Origin: Lama glama
Taxonomy: Eukaryota
Direction of reading: 5' to 3'
DNA length: 64,000 nt
Assembly: GCA_028534125.1 (NCBI GenBank)
Contig: CM052828.1
Coordinates: 60,388,001-60,452,000 of the forward strand
Under the pieces are notes generated by a model. It saw only the letters and a program-made list of their open reading frames with translations. It ran no database searches and was not told the DNA's origin. Shown piece by piece: positions 36,152-50,212 of the stretch (positions within the stretch are counted from its first letter, which is position 1; every line of letters starts with the position of its first letter). The position numbers and the translations under genes are program-made.

Positions 36152-37599
36152 CTTCTGTACGAACAAGGCTAACTCAATGAGACACGGTCCAAATGTTACA
36201 GCATGCTTATAAATCCTCTGGTAATCTGTCTCATCTACAAAAAGCTGCCCTAAAACTTCTCTTCAGGAAACCTTTGTGTGCACACACAGGCACACACTCT
36301 CAAAACCCACAACACCATAGCATACAATTAGAGGACTTACAATTTTAGGGAGACTGTGGCCCTTCTCTGGATCAGAAAGCTATTTATGGGCCCAGATTCA
36401 CAGATAGTTGATCGGCTGGACATGTTAGAGTGAGGAGAGGGAAGAACCAAGGCTGGCTCAGTTCTGACTGGGTGGAGGATCAGGTCCTCTCCAGTCCAAG
36501 GGCTGGAGAGCAGCGTCTGCGGGAGAAGACTCGAGCGGGGCAGGAAGAGGTCAGCCATGTCTGCAGGCAGCTGTTCATCCAAGTTGAAGCACAGAAGTGA
36601 GTGGGGGTTTGAAAACGGAGTAGGAACCGACACCGTGGACGTGGTTGGAAGTGTTAGGACCAGAGCTCTGGGGTCCTCAGCACCCTGGGAAGGGGGGGCA
36701 GTGACGGGGCTGTGGGAGGCAAGGCAGAAAAGCAGAAGCAGCGGCAGGCGCTGAGCCTCAGAACCTCCAGGAAGAGTAGGCGCCTCGGGGAGAATGGACG
36801 GAGGGCCCCGGCCGGTTGGGGAGGTCTCGGCTCCACCCTCATGACCTCATCTAAGCCTCGTCACCCCCCAAAGGCTCCAGATGCCAGCACAGTGCCAGTG
36901 AGAGCTTCACCATGAGGATTTCAGGGGCACACAGGCATCCAGCCTTAACAGATGGTGCAGCACAGCCGTTCCTGCCGCTGGTGAGCCAAGCACATGGGCC
37001 CTGCGTCAGGAAGCCCTCCCTGACGCCTGGAGGGAGGCAGCGCCGTCCTGCTGTTAACCAGGACCTCAGGGGCAGCCCCTGCGCAAGTCCTTCTATCCGA
37101 GAGTGGGAGATCAGGGGTAAAACTTCCGCCAGGAGGAGCAGTCAGCGAGGTGTAATCCCCATCATCAGGCAAGGCGCGGAAGTAAGACGCCGGCACGCAT
37201 TGCTGCTTGTGCGAATGTGTGTGCAAGTATCCCCCAGCACTGCAGTCCACAAATGCAGCTTCTTGCACTACCACTGTGAGCGCAGTTACCATCCAGCCCC
37301 AGTGAGGGCTGGCCAAACAAAAGCAACATAAACTCTTGCGGACACCTTGTAACTCAGACGGAAGTTAAACGTGCTAGAGTTCACATCAGAACAGATTCAG
37401 TAAAGACAGCGTCACATCTGGAAGAATAACCCTATGATACCGTACGTGGTAACAATAACGGCATGAATCAGCCGAAGGAGTTTGACTCCACAGTGGGGTA
37501 GATCCACACTGACGTTACTACCTCCGGGCAAAGATGCAGACAGACTCTCTTGCAGGTTTAGGGTCTTCAGGAGAGCAGATGCAGTCACTGCAGACGTCG

Positions 37600-39720
37600 A
37601 GAAGCCATGGGTTGGTCTGTAGTGTTGCTCAGCTCTTTGAGCTCTTCATCAGTCTGTTACCTGGCTATTTGAGCCACTACTGGAAGTGGGGTGTTGGAAG
37701 TCCAGCTGTTGCTGTTACGTTAACTTCCCCCCTTCAGTTCTGTCACTTGTCGCTTCCTTTATTTTATGCTGTTCTTGGCACCCGTTGCTTATAGTTCTTG
37801 TATCATCTTGGTAGAGCGATGCCTTTATCGTTATAAGATGTCCTGCTGTGCGTCTAGTGACGATTTTACCTTGAGATCTACTCTGATGCCAGTGTAGCCA
37901 CCCAATGTTCTCCACCGTTTCCTTGGTATATCTTTTTCCATCCTTTTCTTTCAACTTATTTGTGTCTCTGGTTATAGAGGATTCGTCTGTCACAGACAAC
38001 ACGTAGCTGGACCGCGTTATTTTTGTTCACTCTGCCCGTCTCTGCCTTTTGACTGGAGCGGTTACTCCAGTCGTATTTTATGTAATCACTGGTAAGGAAA
38101 GATGTACATTTGCCGCTCTGTTCATGGCTTTTGTAGACACGCTGTGTGTTGTTAGTTCCTCTGTCCTGCCATTTCTGCTTTCTTCTGTATTAAATGTACA
38201 GTTTCTAGCGTGCCGTTTTAATCCCTTTGCTTCTTTTACTATATTTTTAACTTAATCTCTTAGTGGTTGACCTGAAGGCTGCCATTGATATTTTAAAACC
38301 GTGTGGCTGGATTCATGCAAACTGAGCTCCAGTTGTGCTCCTGGGTAGCTCTCCCCGCCCCCCTCCTTCCTGCTGTTCCTGCCCTACAAATTGCGTCTGT
38401 GCAGATTGTGCAGCCATCACCACAGGCGTGTAATTACTACTGCATGCTATTTTCTTTTAAATCAGACAGGAGAAAAAGAACGGAAACGCACTTACAGTCT
38501 TTTGTATTTATCCGTGTGGTTACCTGGACTGCGGTCCTTATGTCTTTGTGGATTTCGGCTGCCGTCTCATGTGCCTGCATCTATCCGAAGGACTCCAGTG
38601 TTTCTTGCAGGGCAGGTCTGCTAGCAGCAAACTCTGTGTTTGTTTGTCTGGGAGCGTGTAAATCTCTCCTTCACTTCTGAGGGATAGTTTTGCTGGACAT
38701 AGACATCTTGGTTGCCAGTTTTTTCCGGCAGCAGTTTGAAAGTGCCCTCCCTCCGCCTTCTGGCTCCCTGGTTTCTGATGAAGAAACCTGTTACCCGTAT
38801 GAAGGGTCCTTGATGGGGTGAGTCACTGCGCCCTTCCTGCCGTCACGGTTCTGTCTTCCTGCAGTGTGTTATGGGGTGTGAATTTCTCTGCGTTTATCTG
38901 GCTTGGGGTTTGATGAGCCCCTTGCGTGTATTAGCATCTTCGTCCTGTTTGGGAAGGTTTTGCCGTGATTTCTTCAGACGTTCTTCCACCCCTTTCCACT
39001 TCTCCTCCCACCTGAGACGTGCGCTGCCTGCTGCCGGTGTGCTCGGCGAGGCCTGGTGGGCTCTGAGGCTCGCTTTCTTCTTCTGCATTCATTCTTCTCT
39101 GTGTCTCAGGCTGGATGACCTCCGTGGGTACCTGTGTGAGTTCACTGACGCTTTCCTTTGCCTGCTCACATCCACTGTCAAAGCCCTTCTAAAGTTTACA
39201 TTTCAGTTACTGAACTTTTCATCTCCAGAATTTCTATTTGGTTCTTTTTTTTTTCAATAATTTCTCTCCCACTGTGGTATTTTCTATTAGCTGAGACATT
39301 GTTCTCATATTTTTATTAGTTAGTTGAACATGGTTTAAACAGCTGGTTAAAGCCGGTGTCTAGAAGGCCCCGCTCCTTTGCACATCTCGTGACTTTTGCT
39401 GGAAACCGGACATTTTGGTAACACAGCGCGTCCACTCTGGGGATCGGGTTCTCTCCCCTCAGCGTTTGCTGATGTTGCCATTTGCTTAGTGAATTCCCAG
39501 AACTAATTCTGTCAAGTCTGTGTTTTCTGTCACGTGTGGCCACGAAGTCTCGGCCCAGGGAGCTCGGCGATGAGCTAGTCATTAGACAGAAGCCTCCGTG
39601 AACGCCTGGGACTGTCCGTCTCCACTCTTTGCTGACAGGCCAGGCTGAGTGCTCCCCCGGCTCCAGCTGAGATTCAGCCTCTCCTCTGTGTTTGGCCGGT
39701 TGCAGTTCTGAACTATTTCT
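37600..39720 (-). mobile_element. Ancient LINE-1 (L1M4/L1MC-type) spanning the 5' region, ORF1 and ORF2 endonuclease
   Basis: ORF 37715..38002(-) RDTNKLKEKDGK...KIVTRRTAGHLITIKASLYQDDT is a degenerate L1 EN domain. 38600-39350 is antisense ORF1-like and 39480-39700 resembles an L1M 5' region. Confidence 0.85.
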
Positions 39721-41879
39721 GATTTTCCAGTTAATTTTCCCAGCTACAAGTTTGCTGTTTATTCTTTCAGTCAAGAGGCATTTTGGAAGCTTCTATTTTT
39801 TTTTAAAGGTTTAACCAGAGAACCTTACAGAGCTTAGATCTAACAGAAAATAGATACAATGTCATACTCTTAAATACAAATTCTTATTTTTTTCTATGTA
39901 ATAAGGACCTAAAAATAAAGGAGGCAGCCAGATGGAGCAGGACGGACATGCAGTCTCCAGAGACCTTCCTGAGTCTGGGACAAGACCCGTCTCCTTGTCA
40001 CCCCTGGAGTCTGGGTGGCATCACTTGCTGTGGTTGATACAGGCAGCCTGAGGTTCGAGTGACAGGTGTGGGCATGTGTGTCGTCACTGGGGGGTGGACA
40101 CCTGTCACTCCTGTCACCAGGGAGACCCACGTGGCTCTGAGCTTGTAGGACACGCTCAGTGGAGGTTCCGACGGCAGCGGGAGGAGACTGCGGTTCTGTG
40201 CCCGGGTCCTTCTGCAGTTTGTTCACAGCCTGAAATGCCCATTTAGACTCAGCCCTGGACACGGACTAATCCGTTCTTGTGATGGCCGCGAGGTTTGGGA
40301 GGATTTCCTCTGGCGTTTCGTCAAAGCTGTCATTCGTTTTGTAGAAATCACTCTGTAAATCAGCCTGATTATTTGGCTCGTTTTGTGCCTGAGGGCCGGG
40401 AGCCCAGCGGTGGGGCGGGGAGGGCATGGCGAGGGGTGAGCAGGTGGGCAGCCCAGGGAGGCAGAGGAGCTGGGAAGGGCTTTCCAGAACACGCCGGGTG
40501 GAGGGGGGTGCTGGGAAAGCAGAAGGCATGGCAGCGCGGGGCTCGGTGGGGGTTCTCACAGGAAAGTTCCTTCTCTTTGAGGCCCCAGGGCTCCACAAAA
40601 GAAGAGGTCCTTTCCTGTTGGGTCAGAACAGCCCCAGATGGCTTCTACCACACGTTCTGGCAGAGAAAGAAATTATCCGGCTGGAGAGCGGTGACCCTGG
40701 TGACTCAGAGTCCCGGCTTCAGAGCCACTCCTGAGGGTGCAGTGGGGGCGCTGACACTTGCCCGCTGGGAGGCTCCTGGCATATCCCCGTGCTTCTTGGA
40801 ACCTCAGCGGGAGGACGGAGAGCAGGGTCCCAGGCGGACACAGGCGCCTGGGGGATGCCGTGCGCTGAGGGCGGGAACTCCGGGCTTCCTTCAGGAAACC
40901 AATTCTAAAATGTTAAAATGTGTCTTTCTTAAGCCTAAATTGTAAATGACATTAAAAAATGCATTGCAAAAGCTAAACAGGCATATAAAAGGGTGGTTTC
41001 CTTAGATAAGTTTGCTCAATTTAAACCTGAAAGCTGGGCAGCTTAGGACAGGAGGGAGCCAGCTCCCACTGTGGGAGAGGGCTGGACAAATCCCCACTGA
41101 GTGCGTGATGCGAGGCTCGCACCGGGCTGCTGACTGCCAGGGCCTGACTGGGCTCGCTTCCCATCAGCTGGATGGTTCGAGAGCTCTGGACCTGCTACTG
41201 CCCGCCAGGAGCACTGAAAACCCGCAGTTGACCCCGGGACGCAGGCCTGAGCCACATCAGCCCGTCAGCTTCAGTCCGGAAGCTGCTGGAAACCCTACTG
41301 CTTACTCAGTGGGTCAACAGCCAAGTGCAAACGTCTGCAGACAGGCAGCTCGTCCTGCAAGAAAAAGAATGAAAAAAGGAGAGACAATGGCATGTGTGGA
41401 ATTCAGTCTGGGGTCAAGGACAGTTGCTGGGCGGGCAGATACAATACACACAGTGGCATCCCCTGACACCCCACCCTGGCGACTCGGGCCTCCTCCGCCG
41501 CCCTCCTCCATCCTGTTCGTCCCCCGGTGGAGCCGTCCCGGTGGCTGGACACCCTCACTGCAGGGTTTCTTTACTTGGTTAAATGCAGAGCCACCACGAG
41601 AGCTTGGTTTTAACTCCACTCTTCACGGATGCGCTGTTCCAAAACACACCATTTCTGACCTCCGTGTCGGCCTGGTGCTCAGAATCGTTCAGCCTCCCTG
41701 GACAGTGGCCTGTAGGACAGTGTCCGGCCAGCAGCCGACCAGGGAGCCCGTCTTCCGAGTCCATCTCCATCTGCAGCCTTGCTCGGAGAGGCGGCTCCAC
41801 GCCGTGCGTTTGGGGCGAATGTGCCTCAAGTCCCAGTTCAGGAGCCAGTGTTCCTGGTTTTCAGGTGAAAACAGTAGGG

Positions 41880-42105
41880 CAGAAGCTGGCTCAGGACTTG
41901 CAGATACAAACTACTGAGTATCAAACAGGTGCACGGCGGGGCCCTCCTGCACGGCACAGGGAACTGCATCTAATGCCTCTGAGAGCCTTTAATGAAAAAG
42001 AACCTGAGAAAGAATATATGTACACACGGAGAACTGAATCGCTGTGCAGTATGCCAGAAACTGACGTGACGTTGCAAACCGAATGTCCTTCAGCTTCAGA
42101 AAACG
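41880..42105 (+). mobile_element. Short LINE-1 3' UTR fragment
   Basis: cttgcagatacaaactact...gcacagggaactgcatc...aaagaatatatgtac...aactgaatcgctgtgcagtatgccagaaact. Confidence 0.85.
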
Positions 42106-43249
42106 CTGGCCTCTGCCCGGTCTGCCTCTGCACCTGAGGGGTGCCTCTTCATCCACATCATGAACTTCCTGGGGCCTTTTTGGTGGGTTCTAGGCAGCAA
42201 GTCTAGGGCTGCGGCCCCCGTGGGAAGGACCAGGTGGTGACCCGAGGCCCTGGAGGCCTGAGCTGGGTGGGAGGCAGTGTCCCCTTCCCGCAGGCGCCTG
42301 CCTGGCCAGGGCTGCGAGCAGAGACGGGGTGGCTTTCCGACCCCTGCATCCTCGGGTCCACTGAAACACCAAGCGGCTTTGCTTCCCCTGCGGGGACAGC
42401 CAGCTCAGGCTCCTCGCCGTGAGGATGGACTTGGAGGGCCAGGCGGTGTCTGACAGCCCCTTTCAGAGAGCTGCCTGCCTGCCGCTGATGGTGGGAAGTG
42501 CGATTTGGCTGCCCTGTTGGCTCCGGTAATGGCTGTGATCACGCCCATGAGGGTCTCCTTCCTGCGCCAGCCTTTTAGCCGAGCCATACATCGCGCCTGG
42601 ATGAGACTCAGAGTGACTTGATACCAGGCTCCCCGGGGCTGCGACAGACAGTCCAACAGGGGCAGACCCAGCCGCGGCAACGTTTCTGGACGGTCCTGGG
42701 GTTCAAGTGCGCGCTGGGCGCCTGCCTCTGCTAACAGGAAATGAAGAGATTCAGCAAGTCCTCGCGTCCAGCCCAGCACGATGCAAACACCCAAACGTGG
42801 CTACCGAGCAGCTCAGGACACCCACCTGCAGGAGCAGGAGGGGAGGAACCAAAAACCTGACTTGTGTGGTCGCAGCGAAGCCCTCCTGCGCGGGGGAGGA
42901 CGCTCGGCCAGCTGGCTGCAGGTTTCCTTCTCTCGAACACTCCAGTGCCCACTGGGATCCCGTTTTTGCGAGCTGGGGACGAGGTGGGAACCCCACTGAC
43001 TCTGGCCTCTGTGCTCCCACACACGCAGCCTCAGAGACCCCCGAAGACCAGCAGGTGCCCATCTCCCCCGCCCCAGGACGTGTCTCCTGGGGAAGCCCGC
43101 TTCTCATCCCTGCCGTGCTCTGCGCCCACGGGACGGTCCGGAGGAGAGGGCCTCGGGCCAGCAGACGGGGCTCAGCTCCCGGCCGTGTCGCAGCTGGCGG
43201 GGGCCTTGTGCTCACTGTCCGGCCTCTCCTGGCCTCCACTCATCGGTTT

Positions 43250-43886
43250 GAGGCACAAGCTGGGTGCAGGGCACGCCGTCCCGGCGCTTACCACGCAGAG
43301 GCAGCATTAGGCCGTGCAGGTTGAGGCAGAGACACCGCCCCCATGCCGCCCACCCTCCAGACCCGAGCCCGAGCGTGGGGCTGTCAGGCCGCCGCACTTC
43401 TGACAGCTGGCTGTAAATCCAGGGCCTTCCCCCACCTGCGGCCTCTTCAGGTGCAGTAATTCACCGGAGTGACTCACAGAACTCAGGGAAGTGTTGTTTC
43501 TACAGTTACAGTTTTATCATAAGGGACACAGATCAGGACCAGTCAAAGGAAGAGGACGCTGGCCAGGCTTGGGCGGTCCAGGCCCCTCCTGAGGAGGCCA
43601 GTTACATCGCCCCCCATCCTACCCACTACACATACGTGGTCTTGTCCAGAGTTTTTACTGGGGTTCTGCATAGGGGTGGGCGAACCCAGTCTCACCTCCC
43701 TCCCCTCGCAGAGGTCAAAGGTCAGGCTGATACCGCGCGGCCGCCCCGCGGGCGCCTCGTCAGCGCAGGCTCCCCAGCGGCCCGCGTTAAGCAGCAGAGA
43801 CCCTCCTGCCCCAGGAAGCTCTGTGGGCTTAGCTGCGACCTCCCGGGTACCTGGGTCAGGACCAGGCAAAGTCTGTATTAGATGAC
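43250..43886. mobile_element. MER21-like LTR
   Basis: gcacttctgacagctggctgtaaatc...gactcacagaactcagggaa...ttttatcataagggacacag matches recalled MER21B/C. Confidence 0.7.
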
Positions 43887-45057
43887 AGTTACAAGAGTCC
43901 GATAACGCAGTGAGAAAACGCACAAGGTGTGAACGCGCAAGGCTGGACTGGTGGCCCCTGAGTGGGGAGGGCGTGGGGGTGGAGTGGAAGAACCCCACCC
44001 GGACCCCGGGAGCAGGGGAGCTGAAGGTGCAGGCGGAGACCACGGTCTGCGATGGGGAAGGAGAACGAGTGTGCCTCCAGCAAACAGTGGCCTCAGACCT
44101 TCACCCTCCACGCCCCGGGCGAAGGGCTGCGGGAGAAGCAGCTGGTCTGAAACAACGCAGTGAAAAGCACGGCAGTCGGTTAACCTGCGTGGAAAACACA
44201 GAGCGCGTCGGGAAGAGGATCGACAGCTGGTGCTGTTTTAGAAAGGAGGAGATCTCCAGCCGCGGTCGGGAGACCACAGACTTTAAGGCCCTGCCTCTGT
44301 GTGTGTCTTTGGAAACCTAGCCCTGTGTTCGCCGGTGCTGTGTTTTCCGCAGTGTTTGAAAAGTGGTGCCCCCGACGGGCACCTGCGGGGCAGCGGGATC
44401 CAGGTCCTTCTCCTGCCGGCAGCCCGCAGAGCCGCGCCTGCCTCGGGCCCCGCCTCCTCGCCACCCCTGATTGGTCACCGCTGCTCCCGGCAGTCAGGAG
44501 CCCTGCGGCGCTTAACTCCGTCCTCCAGGATACTTTTAGCGCTTTTCCTGCCGACCCAGTCACAGCCCTTCCTCGGGTTTGCCTGCAGGAGCCCTTTGAA
44601 TACCCCGCTGTTAAGTACCCTCTGAACTTGCATGGCCCCGGGGGCTGGATTGTGCTGTCAGTGCTGAGAAGTGCCCCGGAGCAGAATGTGTTACAGGTCA
44701 GCACCTCACTGCTGCTAAGACGGGGAGGTGTCCGCTGCTTGGTGGGCATCGGTTGCATTTGAAACCTGATATCCCACCTCGATGGCATGATTTGGCTGTC
44801 CTCGAGGGGCAGTCTGCTCTTTACATCTAATCCTGCACCCGCCCAACTTCTCACGGCAAACAGGCGAGCCCCCGCGCCCCGCTGTGTGTTCAGAGAGGGG
44901 TGTCCTTCCTGCTGCTCAGGCTGGAGCCGCACGTCCGGCCCCGCAGTCTGATTGCTGGTCCATGGCAGCCCCTGGGCACTGACGGCTGGACAGGCGGGAA
45001 GGAGGCAGAGCTGTGGTTTGGGGTCTCCCTTCTCCCAGCACCTTTCTGGTTCCTGCT

Positions 45058-45330
45058 GTACCGTCAGGTAATCTAAGAGTGATGGGAGCAACCCCAGCAT
45101 CTCGGTGGCTTAACATAGTAACAGCTTTGTCCTTTCCTCATTCATAGTCCAGTACATGGGTTTTCCAGGCAGTGAGGCGGGATCCTGCTCTGGGCAGCTG
45201 TCCGGGGCCCACCGGCCAGAGTGCCGTCCCACAGGATGCCAGGCCCACAGTGCGGCCCAGTCAAAGATGGGACGTGTTTGCTGAGCACCAAACCGCTCCC
45301 CGGCCCTCCTCGGACTTCTGAAGGGTGGCA
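45058..45330 (-). mobile_element. Old MLT1-type LTR fragment
   Basis: gcaaccccagcatctcggtggcttaacatagtaac resembles the antisense MLT1 terminus. Confidence 0.45.
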
Positions 45331-46201
45331 TAACTGCTGTGGAGTCCACATCCGTGGTCACCACGCCGCAGTGAGCGTTTAAGTGGGTTGGAAATTTTAG
45401 CGAGCCGACTCTGCGGGAACTTGCTCTGCCACCCTCTAGACCCAGTCACCCAAATGCACACAGAGGATTGTACCTGTAACGCCTTCGGACGCAGGGGGCT
45501 GCACAGGTGCTCCAGTCATTCTGCAGGGAGGTGAGCCCCTCGGCCTCTCCCCTGGCATCTCCCGAGGCCGATGCACGGCCCTCAGCGAGAGTGGGCAGTG
45601 CACCAGGGGTCAGCCGCCAGGCCAGCCTCCTTCGGAGGTCCTCTTTGCCCCCGGCGTGCCCTTGACCGGCTGACCTCCATCACCATGGCCAATATGGAGC
45701 TGGGAAGTCCACGCAGTCCTGTGGCAAGTAAAGGTGTGGACCCAGTGGACTCTTGGGTCAAGAAGGCTGTGGTGTCCATCCCTGAAGGCCCAGTGAGCGG
45801 GAGCGCCTGAGTTCAAGGGCAGGGTTGCTCAGAGGTCAGGCGCTTGTCTTCTTCTCAGGCAGGTACCACGCACTGTCCTAGAACCTGGCTGGTCAAGTAC
45901 GTCTGTGGACCCTGCGAGCTGGCTAGAGACGCAGCTCCTCAGGCCCTGCGCAGACCCCCTGTATCAGAGTTGGGTTTCCATGGGGCCAAGGGTGTTCCTG
46001 CAGCTCTTGGACCCTGGAGAAAAGCAGGTGAGGCCCTGGGAACCCCACCAGTGACACTGGAGGGGCTGGCAGTACAGGTAGCCCCCGAAGACCCTGCGTG
46101 TCTCTGATGGGTTTTTAATGATCTGATGAAGGGGAAGGGCATTTGGGGGGATATTATCTCTCTGTTAACCAAACAGGCAATTCATCAGCAGTCTCCTTTT
46201 T

Positions 46202-47110
46202 TTTCAGTTGAAGTATAGTCAGTCACAATGTTGTGTCAGTTTCTGGTGTCCAGCATCATGTTTCAGCCATACGTGTACCTGCATATATTCCTTTTCATAT
46301 TCTTTTTCATTAGAGGGTATTGCATGATATTGAATATAGTTTCCTGTGCTGTACAGTAGGACCCTGTTACTCATCTATTTTATATAAAGTAGTCAGTATC
46401 TGCAAAACTCGAACTCCTGATTTATCCCTTCCCACCCCCTTCCCCCTTCCGGTAATCATAAGTTTGTTTTCTATGTCTGTGAGTCTGTTTCTGTTTTGTA
46501 AATAAGTTCCTTTATATCATTTTTTTTTCAGATTCCACATGTAAGTGATAGCATATGGTATTTTTCTTTCTCTTTTTGGCTCATTTCACTTAGAATGATG
46601 ATCTCCAAGTTCATCCAAATTGCTTCCAATGTCATTATTTTATTCTTTTTATGGCTGAGTAGTATTCCATTATAGAAATATACCACATCTTCTTTTTCCA
46701 GTCATCTGCTGATGGACATTGAGGTTGTCTCCATGTCTTGGCTATTGTAAATAGTGCTGCTATGAACATTGGGGTGCAGGTGTCATCCTGAAGTAGGGTT
46801 CCTTCTGGATATGTGCCCAGGAGTGGGATTCCTGGGTCATAGCGTAAGTCTATTCCTAGTCTTTTGAGGAACCTCCATACTGTTTTCCACAGTGGCGGCA
46901 CCAAACTGCATTCCCACCGGCAGTGCAGGAGGGTCCCTTTTTCTCCACAGCCTCTCCAGCATTTGTCATTTGTGGACTTTTGAATGATGGCCGTTCTGAC
47001 CGGTGTGAGGTGACACCTCATTGTAGTTTTAAGTTGCATTCCTCTAACAATTAGCGATATTGAGCATTTTTTCGTGTGCCTGTTGGCCGTTTCTGTCTTC
47101 ACTGAAGAAA
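46202..47110 (-). mobile_element. Young 5'-truncated LINE-1 (ORF2 C-terminus and 3' UTR) with 16-bp TSD
   Basis: ORF 46635..47102(-) encodes the ORF2 CCHC region ([14 protein letters not shown]) and [20 protein letters not shown] cagcag(t/c)ctccttttt at 46186-46201 and 47111-47126, followed by aa. Confidence 0.97.
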
Positions 47111-49811
47111 CAGCAGCCTCCTTTTTAATGGCAGAGGGCTCGTGAGACCAGAGGTGATGGCTGAATCATAGAACCACGTTCAGACGTCACATTCCCAATT
47201 TGTGATCGTATGTGACGCGGGACATCAACTGCCCAGTTTGATAAAAGGGTTAGCCTTAAACATAAATTTGTGCCTGGGACTAGAACCAAACACCTATGGG
47301 AGACAACTTTTAAAAGCCTACAGGGAGCTTCATAACAAACCAGCAAAGACATCTAGACTCAGAAGAAACCCAGCAGCACAGTTACTTAAACCCCACTCGA
47401 GCTGACTCTGCACTCGGTGTGCCGGATGCTCAGGACGGGCTGCGCTTGGGCCAAGTCCAGGTGCGTTTGTCGGAAAGAGGAGCTTATTAGCTCCGGACTG
47501 ATTAGTGTTGGAGAATCCGCCAGCAGACAGGCTAGGGTTGTTGCGCATTGTGGGCCACCGGCACATCTGCCCACCTCACGGCTCTGGGGGCCGTCAGGCT
47601 CCCACTCACTGAGCTGGTGGGGCTCTGAGGCCGTTGGCAGCAGGACCAGGACAGGTGGCTCTCCTGGATGGATGATACTTGGTACACAGTGACTTGGCCA
47701 GGTTTCCCCAGTGCCCTGCCCACGTGACAAGCGCAGCCCACTGACGGAGCGCCACTTGTGCCTGGGACCGCGCCGGGGTCTTCACCATCACGGCCGCCCC
47801 ACGGGGCGGGGCCGTGCCTCCGTCATACAAGGGAGGCGACCAAGGTGGAGGTGACTGCCTGGTGACAGAGCCGCGTCCCCATAGCAGGGCCTTCCCTCAC
47901 CTGCCCGGTCTGTTGGGCTCACCTGTTTCTGGAGCAGAACTCTCTCCCCTCACGGCACCCCCACACCCCTGTGCCCCAGCCTCCTCACCGAGAGCCCTTG
48001 GGTCAGAAAACTGCAACTGAATTTGAGAATTTTTAAAAAATAAATGCTTTGTGTCCTATTTGTTAACAGTTTGAAAGCTCAGATGCCACAGTTTCCTGGT
48101 CTTTTTCCCTCTTAGGCACGACGTGAGCACAGTGACCCTGGCACTTAGCACAACCCTCTCTCTCCAGCACCGCCACATCCAGTCCAGAGGGTCCCCTTCC
48201 ACTCCTTGGGGCTCCGGCCCTCCGCAGGCCCGCCCTGCACAGCCGCGGGGCCGCTTCACAGCAGTGACCATGCGTCTCGCCACCCGCCCTCCGCTCTCTT
48301 CATCAGCCGAGCAGGGATGCAGCCCCAGAGCCCTGAACTCTCCCGTCTGTGGCTGGGGTCCCTACCATGAGAGCTGGACCACAGCGCTCCCCGCGGCCGG
48401 ATGTGTCACGCCGGCCCCGGGCTGCCCTGGCGTGCCTCCAGCCGCCCAGGTGGGCTCCCCCAGGGACAGTGTTCCCACGCAGCCTCCTCCGGTGTTAGGT
48501 GTCCGGTTCCCAGGGCCCCGAGCCTCTGACGGCTCCCACGCGGGCAGTGCGGGCATTCAGAGGAGCTGAAATCCATCGCATAATGAGTCCCATGTGACAC
48601 TCACCTTTGAGGGGCCATGAATACAGCATTGTGCCCAGCAGGACCTGTGCCCAGTGGATGGGCGGAGGCCCGCTGCACTGATGAGCAGTGCGGGGGCGGC
48701 CACGCCGGAAGATGAATGCGCCTCTGTCCCTCACACCGTGGCCCGGCACCTGCTGAAACTAGACCTGGGCTGAGGCGCCGCCCGCGGCTGAGGACAGACG
48801 GTGGGAACAGAGCAGTCTGAGGTCCGGGCTCCCTGCAGCCAGGCCATGGGGTGCAGGTGGGGGCCGGGAGCCCAGCAGCCCAGCTCCCCGTTTCCCTGCG
48901 GGCAGGTGCATTTCCCCAGTAGGCTTCTCTTTTAACAGACACAACCCACTCCTTCTGGGAGAGACAGGGGCCCGCTGTTAAAACGGGGACGTGGGTGTTA
49001 AACTGAGGTCTGGCCCCCTCACCAGGCTGTGATATTAGGAATGGACTTTGCTTCTGGGGGCCACAGGGTCCTGGATGTCACCTGAGGGAGGGCTAATAAG
49101 ATGAAGCAGACTGTCAGCTGAATGCATGGCGTGGGCTCAGAAACCCAACCGCAGGGGCCCTCCGCCCCAGCCCTCGGTGAGCCCAGGCAGCACGCAGGGC
49201 CGACGTCTGCGGTGTCTCCGAGGCCCTCGGGATCTGCCTGCAGCGTGGAGCCTGTGCGTTTATGTCGGTGTTGCCCGGCGTGAAGTGCGCATGGCAGAAA
49301 GGCCTCACCACGTAACACCAGAGGTGAGCTTCCCGGAGGCTAAGGGGCTTGCGTGGGCTGTTGCCACATGGAACCCCGGAAACATGTTGGCAGGTGACTT
49401 CTGCTTTGACTGCGGTGACACTTGACCAACACGGTCCACTCTTTGTTCCTCTGTCCAGAAATGTAAGTCACCCATGGGCCAGCGTCCCCAGGACACACAA
49501 GGAGCCTGTCTAGGCAGAAGGGCCTCGGCCTCATAACCAGACCCTGGGTCACAAGTCGCCACAGCCCGCGCCCTGTGGAACCCCGAGTCCCCTGTGGGGA
49601 GCCACGACCAGGCTTCTCCCTCCCTGGGGAGGGGTCCAGGCCGCCCAGCCTTCGTTCTGCCTCCTCCAGTGCCCTACCTGGGCCTCGGCCTCCCGTGCTC
49701 TCCTGACCGTCAGCAGCCAGCTCCGGCTCACTGTGCCGCATCCTCCGGTCAGACGCCGGCCCGAGGATGCTCTGCTCCCTGCGGTCTCCCGTCCTTCTGC
49801 TCCTGGGCTGC

Positions 49812-50212
49812 CACAGCGGTTCCCTGGGGCGGCCCTGACAAGCACAGGGCGGCTCAAACAGCAGGGATCTGTTCTCTGTCAGCTCTGGGGAAGCCTGAGG
49901 ACAGGGTGGGCAGGGCTGTTCCTCCTGCGGCCGTGAGGGAGGGTCTGCTCCCTGCTGGCCCCCGGCTTCTGGTGGGGCTGGCCACCCCCTTCTCCCGATG
50001 TGAAAGCATCACTTGAGTCTGCCTTCATCTCCGCGTGGCGTTCTCGCTGTCAGGACACCAGCCGTGTTGGATCGGTGCCCGCCGCCTCCAGCCTGACCTC
50101 AGCCTCGCTGGTTACACCTGCACCGACCCTGTTTCCAAATCCAGGTGCTTTCTGAGGCGCTGGGAGTGCGGACTTCAATACGAATTTGGGGGCACAGCTC
50201 CACCCATGGCGG
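49812..50212 (-). mobile_element. MLT1B/C-type MaLR solo LTR
   Basis: gtctgccttcatctccgcgtggcgttctc...aggacaccagcc...gaccctgtttccaaat...tctgaggcgctggga...gacttcaatacgaatttggggg. Confidence 0.8.

Noticed and set aside
41012-41917. 301-aa ORF (also 44180-45100, 22890-23765, 32395-33258, 35085-35897)
   Set aside because: No recognisable domains, composition typical of random GC-rich frames, and mostly non-ATG starts. Several run through TE fossils.
46635-47102. 155-aa ORF as a host gene
   Set aside because: It is the C-terminal fragment of L1 ORF2 in a 5'-truncated insertion, not an expressed CDS.
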